A stretch of DNA of 58,464 nt. Origin: Eledone cirrhosa (Eukaryota). The notes beneath the pieces are model-generated. The model worked only from the letters and a program-made list of their open reading frames with translations, was not told where the DNA came from and did not search any database. The stretch spans positions 1 to 58,464 of the forward strand of contig CAXHJY010001632.1 of the NCBI GenBank assembly GCA_964016885.1, in the 5' to 3' direction. Both the position numbers and the translations under genes were made by a program. This document shows, piece after piece, positions 15,501 through 30,905 of the stretch. Within the stretch, counting starts at the first letter, position 1; each line of letters begins with the position of its first letter.

Positions 15501-18500
15501 TCTCTCTGTATGTTACAGTGTTTATGTGTTGACTGTGGTGTATAATATAGTGTCTCTCTGTGTATGTTACAGTGTTTGTGTGTTGACTGTGGTGTATAAT
15601 ATAGTCTCTCTCTCTGTATGTTACAGTGTTTGTGTGTTGACTGTGGTGTATAATATAGTGTCTCTCTCTGTATGTTACAGTGTTTGTGTGTTGACTGTGG
15701 TGTATAATATAGTGTCTCTCTCTGTATGTTACAGTGTTTGTGTGTTGACTGTGGTGTATAATATAGTGTCTCTCTCTGTATGTTACAGTGTTTGTGTGTT
15801 GACTGTGGTGTATAATATAGTGTCTCTCTCTGTATGTTACAGTGTTTGTGTGTTGACTGTGGTGTATAATATAGTGTCTCTCTGTATGTTACAGTGTTTG
15901 TGTGTTGATTGTGGTGTATAATATAGTGTCTCTCTCTGTATGTTACAGTGTTTGTGTGTTGACTGTGGTGTATAATATAGTGTCTCTCTCTGTATGTTAC
16001 AGTGTTTGTGTGTTGATTGTGGTGTATAATATAGTGTCTCTCTCTGTATGTTACAGTGTTTGTGTGTTGACTGTGGTGTATAATATAGTGTCTCTCTGTA
16101 TGTTACAGTGTTTGTGTGTTGACTGTGGTGTATAATATAGTGTCTCTCTGTATGTTACAGTGTTTGTGTGTTGACTGTGGTGTATAATATAGTGTCTCTC
16201 TGTATGTTACAGTGTTTGTGTGTTGACTGTGGTGTATAATATAGTGTCTCTCTCTGTATGTTACAGTGCTTGTGTGTTGAATGTGGTGTATAATATAGTG
16301 TCTCTCTGTATGTTACAGTGTTTGTGTGTTGACTGTGGTGTATAATATAGTGTCTCTCTGTATGTTACAGTGTTTGTGTGTTGACTGTGGTGTATAATAT
16401 AGTGTCTCTCTGTATGTTACAGTGTTTGTGTGTTGACTGTGGTGTATAATATAGTGTCTCTCTCTGTATGTTACAGTGCTTGTGTGTTGACTGTGGTGTA
16501 TAATATAGTGTCTCTCTCTGTATGTTACAGTGTTTGTGTGTTGATTGTGGTGTATAATATAGTGTCTCTCTCTGTATGTTACAGTGTTTGTGTGTTGACT
16601 GTGGTGTATAATATAGTGTCTCTCTGTATGTTACAGTGTTTGTGTGTTGACTGTGGTGTATAATATAGTGTCTCTCTCTGTATGTTACAGTGTTTGTGTG
16701 TTGACTGTGGTGTATAATATAGTGTCTCTCTCTGTATGTTACAGTGTTTGTGTGTTGATTGTGGTGTATTATATAGTGTCTCTCTCTGTATGTTACAGTG
16801 TTTGTGTGTTGACTGTGGTGTATAATATAGTCTCTCTCTCTGTATGTTACAGTGTTTGTGTGTTGACTGTGGTGTATAATATAGTCTCTCTCTCTGTATG
16901 TTACAGTGTTTGTGTGTTGACTGTGGTGTATAATATAGTGTTTCTCTCTGTATGTTACAGTGTTTGTGTGTTGATTGTGGTGTATAATATAGTGTCTCTC
17001 TCTGTATGTTACAGTGTTTGTGTGTTGATTGTGGTGTATAATATAGTGTCTCTCTCTGTATGTTACAGTGTTTGTGTGTTGACTGTGGTGTATAATATAG
17101 TGTCTCTCTGTATGTTACAGTGTTTGTGTGTTGACTGTGGTGTATAATATAGTGTCTCTCTCTGTATGTTACAGTGTTTGTGTGTTGACTGTGGTGTATA
17201 ATATAGTGTCTCTCTCTGTATGTTACAGTGTTTGTGTGTTGATTGTGGTGTATTATATAGTGTCTCTCTCTGTATGTTACAGTGTTTGTGTGTTGACTGT
17301 GGTGTATAATATAGTCTCTCTCTCTGTATGTTACAGTGTTTGTGTGTTGACTGTGGTGTATAATATAGTCTCTCTCTCTGTATGTTACAGTGTTTGTGTG
17401 TTGACTGTGGTGTATAATATAGTGTTTCTCTCTGTATGTTACAGTGTTTGTGTGTTGACTGTGGTGTATAATATAGTGTCTCTCTCTGTATGTTACAGTG
17501 TTTGTGTGTTGACTGTGGTGTATAATATAGTCTCTCTCTGTATGTTACAGTGTTTGTGTGTTGACTGTGGTGTATAATATAGTGTCTCTCTCTGTATGTT
17601 ACAGTGTTTGTGTGTTGACTGTGGTGTATAATATAGTGTCTCTCTCTGTATGTTACAGTGTTTGTGTGTTGATTGTGGTGTATTATATAGTGTCTCTCTC
17701 TGTATGTTACAGTGTTTGTGTGTTGACTGTGGTGTATAATATAGTCTCTCTCTCTGTATGTTACAGTGTTTGTGTGTTGACTGTGGTGTATAATATAGTG
17801 TCTCTCTCTGTATGTTACAGTGTTTGTGTGTTGACTGTGGTGTATAATATAGTCTCTCTCTGTGTATGTTACAGTGTTTGTGTGTTGACTGTGGTGTATA
17901 ATATAGTGTCTCTCTCTGTATGTTACAGTGTTTGTGTGTTGACTGTGGTGTATAATATAGTGTCTCTCTCTGTATGTTACAGTGTTTGTGTGTTGACTGT
18001 GGTGTATAATATAGTGTCTCTCTGTATGTTACAGTGTTTGTGTGTTGATTGTGGTGTATAATATAGTGTCTCTCTCTGTATGTTACAGTGTTTGTGTGTT
18101 GACTGTGGTGTATAATATAGTGTCTCTCTCTGTATGTTACAGTGTTTGTGTGTTGATTGTGGTGTATAATATAGTGTCTCTCTCTGTATGTTACAGTGTT
18201 TGTGTGTTGACTGTGGTGTATAATATAGTGTCTCTCTGTATGTTACAGTGTTTGTGTGTTGACTGTGGTGTATAATATAGTGTCTCTCTGTATGTTACAG
18301 TGTTTGTGTGTTGACTGTGGTGTATAATATAGTGTCTCTCTCTGTATGTTACAGTGTTTGTGTGTTGACTGTGGTGTATAATATAGTGTCTCTCTCTGTA
18401 TGTTACAGTGTTTGTGTGTTGACTGTGGTGTATAATATAGTGTCTCTCTGTATGTTACAGTGTTTGTGTGTTGACTGTGGTGTATAATATAGTGTCTCTC

Positions 18501-21500
18501 TCTGTATGTTACAGTGTTTGTGTGTTGACTGTGGTGTATAATATAGTGTCTCTCTCTGTATGTTACAGTGTTTGTGTGTTGACTGTGGTGTATAATATAG
18601 TGTCTCTCTCTGTATGTTACAGTGTTTGTGTGTTGACTGTGGTGTATTATATAGTGTCTCTCTCTGTATGTTACAGTGTTTGTGTGTTGACTGTGGTGTA
18701 TAATATAGTGTCTCTCTCTGTATGTTACAGTGTTTGTGTGTTGACTGTGGTGTATAATATAGTGTCTCTCTGTATGTTACAGTGTTTGTGTGTTGACTGT
18801 GGTGTATAATATAGTGTCTCTCTCTGTATGTTACAGTGTTTGTGTGTTGACTGTGGTGTATAATATAGTGTCTCTCTCTGTATGTTACAGTGTTTGTGTG
18901 TTGACTGTGGTGTATAATATAGTGTCTCTCTCTGTATGTTACAGTGTTTGTGTGTTGACTGTGGTGTATAATATAGTGTCTCTCTGTATGTTACAGTGTT
19001 TGTGTGTTGACTGTGGTGTATAATATAGTGTCTCTCTCTGTATGTTACAGTGTTTGTGTGTTGACTGTGGTGTATAATATAGTGTCTCTCTCTGTATGTT
19101 ACAGTGTTTGTGTGTTGACTGTGGTGTATAATATAGTGTCTCTCTCTGTATGTTACAGTGTTTGTGTGTTGACTGTGGTGTATAATATAGTGTCTCTCTC
19201 TGTATGTTACAGTGTTTGTGTGTTGACTGTGGTGTATAATATAGTGTCTCTCTCTGTATGTTACAGTGTTTGCGTGTTGACTGTGGTGTATAATATAGTG
19301 TCTCTCTCTGTATGTTACAGTGTTTGTGTGTTGACTGTAGTGTATAATATAGTGTCTCTCTGTATGTTACAGTGTTTGTGTGTTGATTGTGGTGTATAAT
19401 ATAGTGTCTCTCTCTGTATGTTACAGTGTTTGTGTGTTGACTGTGGTGTATAATATAGTGTCTCTCTCTGTATGTTACAGTGTTTGTGTGTTGACTGTGG
19501 TGTATAATATAGTGTCTCTCTGTATGTTACAGTGTTTGTGTGTTGACTGTGGTGTATAATATAGTGTCTCTCTCTGTATGTTACAGTGTTTGTGTGTTGA
19601 CTGTGGTGTATAATATAGTGTCTCTCTGTATGTTACAGTGTTTGTGTGTTGACTGTGGTGTATAATATAGTGTCTCTCTGTGTATGTTACAGTGTTTGTG
19701 TGTTGACTGTGGTGTATAATATAGTGTCTCTCTCTGTATGTTACAGTGTTTGTGTGTTGACTGTGGTGTATAATATAGTGTCTCTCTCTGTATGTTACAG
19801 TGTTTGTGTGTTGACTGTGGTGTATAATATAGTCTCTCTCTCTGTATGTTACAGTGTTTGTGTGTTGACTGTGGTGTATAATATAGTCTCTCTCTCTGTA
19901 TGTTACAGTGTTTGTGTGTTGACTGTGGTGTATAATATAGTGTCTCTCTGTGTATGTTACAGTGTTTGTGTGTTGACTGTGGTGTATAATATAGTGTCTC
20001 TCTCTGTATGTTACAGTGTTTGTGTGTTGACTGTGGTGTATAATATAGTCTCTCTCTCTGTATGTTACAGTGTTTGTGTGTTGACTGTGGTGTATAATAT
20101 AGTGTCTCTCTGTGTATGTTACAGTGTTTGTGTGTTGACTGTGGTGTATAATATAGTGTCTCTCTCTGTATGTTACAGTGTTTGTGTGTTGACTGTGGTG
20201 TATAATATAGTGTCTCTCTCTGTATGTTACAGTGTTTGCGTGTTGACTGTGGTGTATAATATAGTGTCTCTCTCTGTTGTGTTACAGTGTTTGTGTGTTG
20301 ACTGTGGTGTATAATATAGTGTCTCTCTCTGTATGTTACAGTGTTTGTGTGTTGACTGTGGTGTATAATATAGTGTCTCTCTCTGTATGTTACAGTGTTT
20401 GTGTGTTGACTGTGGTGTATAATATAGTGTCTCTCTGTATGTTACAGTGTTTGTGTGTTGACTGTGGTGTATAATATAGTCTCTCTCTCTGTATGTTACA
20501 GTGTTTGTGTGTTGACTGTGGTGTATAATATAGTGTCTCTCTCTGTATGTTACAGTGTTTGTGTGTTGACTGTGGTGTATAATATAGTGTCTCTCTCTGT
20601 ATGTTACAGTGTTTGTGTGTTGATTGTGGTGTATAATATAGTGTCTCTCTCTGTATGTTACAGTGCTTGTGTGTTGACTGTGGTGTATAATATAGTCTCT
20701 CTCTGTATGTTACAGTGTTTGTGTGTTGACTGTGGTGTATAATATAGTGTCTCTCTCTGTATGTTACAGTGTTTGTGTGTTGACTGTGGTGTATAATATA
20801 GTCTCTCTCTGTATGTTACAGTGTTTGTGTGTTGACTGTGGTGTATAATATAGTGTCTCTCTCTGTATGTTACAGTGTTTGTGTGTTGACTGTGGTGTAT
20901 AATATAGTGTCTCTCTATATGTTACAGTGTTTGTGTGTTGACTGTGGTGTATAATATAGTGTCTCTCTGTATGTTATAGTGTTTGTGTGTTGACTGTGGT
21001 GTATAATATAGTGTCTCTCTCTGTATGTTACAGTGTTTGCGTGTTGACTGTGGTGTATAATATAGTGTCTCTCTCTGTATGTTACAGTGTTTGTGTGTTG
21101 ACTGTGGTGTATAATATAGTGTCTCTCTGTATGTTACAGTGTTTGTGTGTTGATTGTGGTGTATAATATAGTGTCTCTCTCTGTATGTTACAGTGTTTGT
21201 GTGTTGACTGTGGTGTATAATATAGTGTCTCTCTCTGTATGTTACAGTGTTTGTGTGTTGACTGTGGTGTATAATATAGTCTCTCTCTGTGTATGTTACA
21301 GTGTTTGTGTGTTGACTGTGGTGTATAATATAGTGTCTCTCTCTGTATGTTACAGTGTTTGTATGTTGACTGTGGTGTATAATATAGTGTCTCTCTCTGT
21401 ATGTTACAGTGTTTGTGTGTTGACTGTGGTGTATAATATAGTGTCTCTCTCTGTATGTTACAGTGTTTGTGTGTTGACTGTGGTGTATAATATAGTGTCT

Positions 21501-22349
21501 CTCTCTGTATGTTACAGTGTTTGTGTGTTGATTGTGGTGTATAATATAGTGTCTCTCTCTGTATGTTACAGTGCTTGTGTGTTGACTGTGGTGTATAATA
21601 TAGTCTCTCTCTGTATGTTACAGTGTTTGTGTGTTGACTGTGGTGTATAATATAGTGTCTCTCTCTGTATGTTACAGTGTTTGTGTGTTGACTGTGGTGT
21701 ATAATATAGTCTCTCTCTGTATGTTACAGTGTTTGTGTGTTGACTGTGGTGTATAATATAGTGTCTCTCTCTGTATGTTACAGTGTTTGTGTGTTGACTG
21801 TGGTGTATAATATAGTGTCTCTCTCTGTATGTTACAGTGTTTGTGTGTTGACTGTGGTGTATAATATAGTGTCTCTCTGTATGTTACAGTGTTTGTGTGT
21901 TGACTGTGGTGTATAATATAGTGTCTCTCTGTATGTTACAGTGTTTGTGTGTTGACTGTGGTGTATAATATAGTGTCTCTCTCTGTATGTTACAGTGTTT
22001 GCGTGTTGACTGTGGTGTATAATATAGTGTCTCTCTCTGTATGTTTCAGTGTTTGTGTGTTGACTGTGGTGTATAATATAGTGTCTCTCTCTGTATGTTA
22101 CAGTGTTTGTGTGTTGACTGTGGTGTATAATATAGTGTCTCTCTCTGTATGTTACAGTGTTTCTGTGTTGACTGTGGTGTATAATATAGTGTCTCTCTCT
22201 GTATGTTACAGTGTTTGTGTGTTGACTGTGGTGTATAATATAGTGTCTCTCTCTGTATGTTACAGTGTTTGTGTGTTGACTGTGGTGTATAATATAGTGT
22301 CTCTCTGTGTTAGTGTTTGTGTGTTGACTGTGGTGTATTATATAGTGTC
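12565..22349. repeat. 54-bp (52-bp variant) tandem satellite, about 9.8 kb, roughly 180 copies
   Basis: Unit tgttgactgtggtgtataatatagtgtctctctctgtatgttacagtgtttgtg; length variants arise from (CT)n slippage; no unique spacers. Confidence 0.97.
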
Positions 22350-22762
22350 GTTCTGTGTAAGATGTGTTGCTGTAGTGTTTATTGTATATTGAGCTCTGTA
22401 TATTGCACGGGAAAATTCTGGTTTGTACCTGTAATTCAAATGTTCACCCCCCTCTCTTCCTCTCTCTCAGACACACGCAAAACCGTTTCATTCAGTTTCT
22501 TTCACTTTCATTTTCCCTCTCCCCATTCTCACAAAACTGTCTTTCTCTGTTAAAACTATAATATATTTATTTAAAAAGATGGACTGGTCACGGCTGGAAT
22601 ATCTTTGATCATAGATTTGTTTAATCTGAGAGGGCTAAACGAATTTCCCCTCCCACTACCCCTACTCCAATCATATCACGTTTTCCCTCTCATACAAGCA
22701 TATATATAAGCAAAGTTTAAGTGTACAGTTAGGTAAGGGAAGTTACTCTGTATGCCATAATC

Positions 22763-22903
22763 ATCCTAACTGAGGTTAACTCTGATTGAATATCACTAAT
22801 GTCAGGTGATGCCCGCAAGGGTGTTTGGTTATTTCGGCATCTTAGCTTCGCTATCACCAGCGGCAATGCTGTGGGTATGTTGGATTGTCTAAAAAATAAT
22901 TAG
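22763..22903 (+). mobile_element. Degenerate C-terminal fragment of an RLE-type (CRE-like) non-LTR retrotransposon
   Basis: SGDARKGVWLFRHLSFAITSGNAVGMLDCLKNN* resembles the 'GD.R...L.QRLS.AI.RGNA..IL' C-terminal motif; upstream in-frame stop. Confidence 0.45.
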
Positions 22904-23755
22904 AGGGTAACTCCGGCGTCCCTTGTGGCATGTGTTTTTCCCCCTTTTTTCTTTTCATTTAAACATTTTTTTTTATTCCACTTCCCTTTTATATGAGAAA
23001 CATATGTTAAGTGACTATCATAGTAATGAAATAATTAACAATTTAATTTATTTAGCAAACATAAATATAATTCATGAATAAATATTCACATGACTATTTG
23101 AAAAAGAAGCCGGTTCGTTTAGCTTGCGGAATAATTTCAATATCTAAATTTAAATGAACATCCCACTCATGCTTCGGTGGAAAAGAAAGGCAAAATTCGT
23201 ATGGCTGTGAGCAAAATAGAAGTCCCCAAATATCTCCTAAAAAATAAATAAAAACATTTCACAAACATATTTCGTTATCATTTACACTGACACACACACA
23301 CGCACGCATAGACACACACATTCACACACACACATATGTATATTCATATATAAGTGTGTGTGTGTGTGTATATATATATATACGGAGGTGGTAGTTGTGT
23401 GTGTATTTGATTTAGAACATCACCACCTACCTGGTAATACCTAAATTCATGTAAATTTCCTCTGGAGTTATTTCCCTTGTCTCTCTCTCACTGCCGTACA
23501 CGATCACACATAAACGCACACGTGCAGACACACATACGTAGACTCACACACACACACAGCACGCGATCAGCTGTATACGCCATAAAATTCTGAACACCCT
23601 ACAATAATTAAATATTTACACCCTACGTTGTATTGAATCCTTCACTTATACGCACAAAACAAACACACTCATATATATATATAACATTTTACGTGATATC
23701 TCTTTCTCTCTGTTATCTGTGTGTGTGTGTATGCACATATGTGTGAGTGTGTGTA

Positions 23756-23817
<62 letters not shown>

Positions 23818-24231
23818 CATGCATATATATATATGTGTGTGTGTATGTGTAATACAATTGCACGTAGACATACGTCTAGCATCTAGAGAATGTGTTAGAG
23901 TATATGTATATGTATGTATATGAATGTAGTTATGCAGTCATGGTCGTACTATATCTCTCTCTGTCCGTCTGCCTTCCTGTTTCTCTATTTGTCTGTCTCT
24001 CTCTGTCTATCTATCCATCACTGTGTGTGCAGCGTTGTAATTATTTAGCCCCAGGCCAACAGCAATGGAGCAAATATCTTCCACTTATGACCATTCCGCC
24101 TTTTATTCAAACAGCGTATATCTAATGCTACGGTGTTATCCAAGTTTAGTGTTTTGGAGTAAGGCGTGGGTGATTTGAGGAAGATTTAGCTGCTATTTCT
24201 ATTACTACTAGTGCCGTCACGCTGTAACTGT

Positions 24232-24247
24232 TGCTGCTACTACTACA

Positions 24248-24293
<46 letters not shown>

Positions 24294-24295
24294 TT
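24232..24295. repeat. (TAC)n trinucleotide microsatellite
   Basis: Direct reading. Confidence 0.9.
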
Positions 24296-24411
24296 ACATG
24301 ACAGGAAGGAGGAGATAATTAGTATTTTGATTTATTTATTGATTAAACAAAAAATCGTTGGTCTTCCGCTGTTTCTTTGGTCGTGGAACATCGAACTTTC
24401 CACCTCATGAC

Positions 24412-24720
24412 TGGTGGTGGTAGAATCGTTGGTATTGATAGTGGTATTAGTGGTAGTGTTGGGGATATTGGTAGTATTGGTGGTGGTAATATTGGTGTTA
24501 GTGGTAGTGGCAGTATTTAATAGAGCTGGTGATGGTGGTGGTAGTGAATTTGGTAATGCTGCTAGTAGATATAGTGGTTGTAGAAGTAGTGGCAGTAGTA
24601 GTAATAGAAATGGTGGTGGTAGTAAGAGTACTAGTAGTAGTGTTCGTGGTGGTGGTAATATTAGTGATGGTGGTAGTAATAGTGCCAATGTTGATAGTAA
24701 TAGTTATTGTATTGGTGATA
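24412..24720. repeat. Degenerate (GTA/GTG/GAT)n trinucleotide low-complexity region
   Basis: ORFs here are poly-V/T/S/G low complexity. Confidence 0.75.
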
Positions 24721-24829
24721 ATTTTGGTGCTGTTGACATCACAGCTGACGGCACTCACACATCATAAGTGAGATCACAAATGGCAACACAACTGCCAACA
24801 CAACTGGCAACACACAATCTCACAGCTGA

Positions 24830-27800
24830 TGGCGCACAACAACACATGACAATTGACAGCACACAACAACACAACCAATGGCACACACAACATCACAATT
24901 GACAGCACACAACAACACAACCAATGGCACACACATGACAATTGACAGCACACAACAACACAACCAATGGCACACACACATGACAATTGACAGCACACAA
25001 CAACACAACCAATGGCACACACAACATCACAATTAACAGCACACAACAACACAAGCAATGGCACACACATGACAATTGACAGCACACAACAACACAACCA
25101 ATGGCGCACACAACAACACAAGCAATGGCACACACATGACAATTGACAGCACACAACAATGCAACTAATGGCACACACAACATGACAATTGACAGCACAC
25201 AACAACACAACCAATGGCTCACACAACATGACAATTGACAGCACACAACAATACAACTAATGGCACACACGACATGACAATTGACAGCACACAACAATAC
25301 AACTAATGGCACACACAACATGACAATTGACAGCACACAACAACACAAGCAATGGCACACACATGACAATTGACAGCACACAACAACACAACCAATGGCA
25401 CACACAACATGACAATTGACAGCACACAACAACACAACCAATGGCACACACAACATGACAATTGACAGCACACAACAATACAACTAATGGCACACACAAC
25501 ATGACAATTGACAGCACACAACATGACAATTGACAGCACACAACAACACAACCAATGGCACACACATGACAATTGACAGCACACAACAACACAACCAATG
25601 GCACACACAACATGACAATTGACAGCACACAACAATACAACCAATGGCACTCACAACATGATAATTGACAGCACACAACAATACAACCAATGGCACACAC
25701 AACATGACAATTGACAGCACACAACAACACAACCAATGGCTCACACAACATGACAATTGACAACACAACCAATGGCACACACAACATGACAATTGACAGA
25801 ACACAACAACACAACCAATGGCACACACAACATGACAATTGACAGCACACAACAATACAACCAATGGCACACACAACATGACAATTGACAGAACACTACA
25901 ATACAACCAATGGCACACACAACACAACCAATGGCACACACATGACAATTGACAGCACACAACAATACAACCAATGGCTCACACAACATGACAATTGACA
26001 GCACACAACAATACAACCAATGGCACACACAACACAAACAATGGCACACACATGACAATTGACAGCACACAACAATACAACTAATGGCACACACAACATG
26101 ACAATTGACAGCACCACAACAACACAACCAATGGCTCACACAACATGACAATTGATAGCACACAACAACACAACCAATGGCTCACACAACATGACAATTG
26201 ACAGCACACAACAACACAACCAATGGCTCACACAATATGACAATTGACAGCACACAACAACACAAGCAATGGCTCACACAACATGACAATTGACAGCACA
26301 CAACAACACAACCAATGGCTCACACAACATGACAATTGACAGCACACAACAACACAACCAATGGCTCACACATGACAATTGACAGCACACAACAACACAA
26401 GCAATGGCACACACATGACAATTGACAGCACACAACAACACAACCAATGGCTCACACAACATGACAATTGACAGCACACAACAACACAACCAATGGCTCA
26501 CACAACATGACAATTGACAGCACACAACAACACAAGCAATGGCACACACATGACAATTGACAGCACACAACAATACAACTAATGGCACACACAACATGAC
26601 AATTGACAGCACACAACAACACAACCAATGGCACACACAACATGACAATTGACAGCACACAACAACACAACCAATGGCTCACACAACATGACAATTGACA
26701 GCACACAACAACACAACCAATGGCTCACACATGACAATTGACAGCACACAACAACACAACCAATGGCACACACATGACAATTGACAGCACACAACAATAC
26801 AACTAATGGCACACACAACATGACAATTGACAGCACACAACAACACAACCAATGGCTCACACAACATGACAATTGACAGCACACAACAACACAACCAATG
26901 GCTCACACATGACAATTGACAGCACACAACAACACAAGCAATGGCACACACATGACAATTGACAGCACACAACAACACAACCAATGGCTCACACAACATG
27001 ACAATTGATAGCACACAACAACACAACCAATGGATCACACAACATCACAATTGACAGCACACAACAATACAACCAATGGCACACACAACACAAGCAATGG
27101 CACACACATGACAATTGACAGCACACAACAACACAACCAATGGCTCACACATGACAATTGACAGCACACAACAACACAACCAATGGCACACACAACATGA
27201 CAATTGACAGCACACAACAACACAACCAATGGCTCACACATGACAATTGACAGCACACAACAACACAACCAATGGCACACACAACATGACAATTGACAGC
27301 ACACAACAACACAACCAATGGCTCACACAACATCACAATGGACAGCACACAACAACACAAGCAATGGCACACACAACATGACAATTGACAGCACACAACA
27401 ACACAACCAATGGCACACACAACATGACAATTGACAGCACACAACAACACAACCAATGGCACACACAACATGACAATTGACAGCACACAACAATACAACC
27501 AATGGCACTCACAACATGACAATTGACAGCACACAACAACACAACCAATGACAGCACACAACAACACAACCAATGGCACACACATGGCAATTGACAGCAC
27601 ACAACCAATGGCACACACATGACAATTGACAACACACAACAATACAACCAATGGCACACACAACATGACAATTGACAGCACACAACAACACAACCAATGG
27701 CACACACAACATGACAATTGACAGCACACAACAATACAACCAATGGCACACACAACATGACAATTGACAGCACACAACAACACAACCAATGGCTCACACA

Positions 27801-30745
27801 ACATGACAATTGACAACACAACCAATGGCACACACAACATGACAATTGACAGAACACAACAATACAACCAATGGCACACACAACACAACCAATGGCACAC
27901 ACATGACAATTGACAGCACACAACAACACAACCAATGGCTCACACAACATGACAATTGACAGCACACAACAACACAACCAATGGCACACACAACATGACA
28001 ATTGACAGCACACAACAATACAACCAATGGCACACACAACACAAACAATGGCACACACATGACAATTGACAGCACACAACAATACAACTAATGGCACACA
28101 CAACATGACAATTGACAGCACCACAACAACACAACCAATGGCTCACACATGACAATTGACAGCACACAACAACACAACCAATGGCACACACAACATGACA
28201 ATTGACAGCACACAACAACACAACCAATGGCTCACACAACATGACAATTGACAGCACACAACAACACAACCAATGGCTCACACAACATGACAATTGACAG
28301 CACACAACAACACAACCAATGGCTCACACAACATGACAATTGACAGCACACAACAACACAACCAATGGCACACACAACATGACAATTGACAGCACACAAC
28401 AACACAAGCAATGGCACACACAACATGACAATTGACAGCACACAACACAACCAATGGCACACACAACATGACAATTGACAGCACACAACAACACAACTAA
28501 TGGCACACACAACATGACAATTGACAGCACACAACAATACAACCAATGGCACTCACAACATGACAATTGACAGCACACAACAACACAACCAATGACAGCA
28601 CACAACAACACAACCAATGGCACACACATGGCAATTGACAGCACACAACCAATGGCACACACATGACAATTGACAGCACACAACAATACAACCAATGGCA
28701 CACACAACATGACAATTGACAGCACACAACAACACAACCAATGGCACACACAACATGACAATTGACAGCACACAACAATACAACCAATGGCACACACAAC
28801 ATGACAATTGACAGCACACAACAACACAACCAATGGCTCACACAACATGACAATTGACAACACAACCAATGGCACACACAACATGACAATTGACAGAACA
28901 CAACAATACAACCAATGGCACACACATGACAATTGACAGCACACAACAATACAACTAATGGCACACACAACATGACAATTGACAGCACACAACAACACAA
29001 CCAATGGCTCACACAACATGACAATTGACAGCACACAACAACACAACCAATGGCACACACAACATGACAATTGACAGCACACAACAATACAACCAATGGC
29101 ACACACAACACAAACAATGGCACACACATGACAATTGACAGCACACAACAATACAACTAATGGCACACACAACATGACAATTGACAGCACCACAACAACA
29201 CAACCAATGGCTCACACAACATGACAATTGACAGCACACAACAACACAACCAATGGCACACACAACATGACAATTGACAGCACACAACAACACAACCAAT
29301 GGCTCACACAACATGACAATTGACAGCACACAACAACACAACCAATGGCTCACACAACATGACAATTGACAGCACACAACAACACAACCAATGGCTCACA
29401 CAACATGACAATTGACAGCACACAACAACACAACCAATGGCACACACAACATGACAATTGACAGCACACAACAACACAAGCAATGGCACACACAACATGA
29501 CAATTGACAGCACACAACAACACAACCAATGGCACACACAACATGACAATTGACAGCACACAACAACACAACCAATGGCTCACACAACATGACAATTGAC
29601 AGCACACAACAACGCAACCAATGGCACACACAACATGACAATTGACAGCACACAACAACACAACCAATGGCTCACACAACATGACAATTGACAGCACACA
29701 ACAACACAACCAATGGCACACACAACATCACAATTGACAGCACACAACAACACAACCAATGGCTCACACATGACAATTGACAGCACACAACAACACAAGC
29801 AATGGCACACACATGACAATTGACAGCACACAACAATACAACTAATGGCACACACATGACAATTGACAGCACACAACAACACAACCAATGGCTCACACAA
29901 CATGACAATTGACAGCACACAACAACACAACCAATGGATCACACAACATCACAATTGACAGCACACAACAATACAACCAATGGCACACACAACACAAGCA
30001 ATGGCACACACATGACAATTGACAGCACACAACAACACAACGAATGGCTCACACATGACAATTGACAGCACACAACAACACAACCAATGGCACACACAAC
30101 ATGACAATTGACAGCACACAACAACACAACCAATGGCACACACACAACATGACAATTGACAGCACACAACAACACAACCAATGGCTCACACAACATGACA
30201 ATTGACAGCACACAACAACACAACCAATGGCACACACAACATGACAATTGACAGCACACAACAACACAACCAATGGCACACACAACATGACAATTGACAG
30301 CACACAACAATACAACCAATAGCACTCACAACATGACAATTGACAGCACACAACAACACAACCAATGACAGCACACAACAACACAACCAATGGCACACAC
30401 ATGGCAATTGACAGCACACAACCAATGGCACACACATGACAATTGACAGCACACAACAACACAACCAATGGCACACACAACATGACAATTGACAGCACAC
30501 AACAACACAACCAATGGCACACACAACATGACAATTGACAGCACGCAACAAATGGCACACACAACATGACAATTGACAGCACACAACAACACAACCAATG
30601 GCGCACACAACAACACAACCAATGGCACACACAACATCACAATTAACAGCACACAACAACACAACCAATGGCACACACATGACAATTGACAGCACACAAC
30701 AATACAACCAATGGCACTCACAACATCACAACCGATGGCTCACAC
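24830..30745. repeat. 46/43-bp tandem satellite (dimer of 22-24-bp subunits), about 5.9 kb, with higher-order duplications
   Basis: Unit catgacaattgacagcacacaa + caacacaaccaatggcacacacaa; rare variants recur at about 1.0, 2.0 and 2.9 kb spacings. Confidence 0.95.
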
Positions 30746-30905
30746 AACATCACAATTGCTGTCACACACAAAACCACAAGTAATGGTACATATGACATCA
30801 TATTTGATGGCACACAACACAATATTGACGGCACATATGACATCACAATTGCTGTCACACAGATTGTATTTTATGACACATATGGCATCGTAAATGATGG
30901 CAGAT

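Noticed and set aside
12565-22349. CRISPR-like array or repetitive membrane protein (LTVVYNIVSLSVCYSVCV)n
   Set aside because: No unique spacers and no cas genes in a eukaryotic context; 52-bp variants shift the frame repeatedly, so no coding constraint
24332-24771. Gly/Ser-rich or Thr-rich ORFs
   Set aside because: Decayed trinucleotide repeat with no splice or homology support visible
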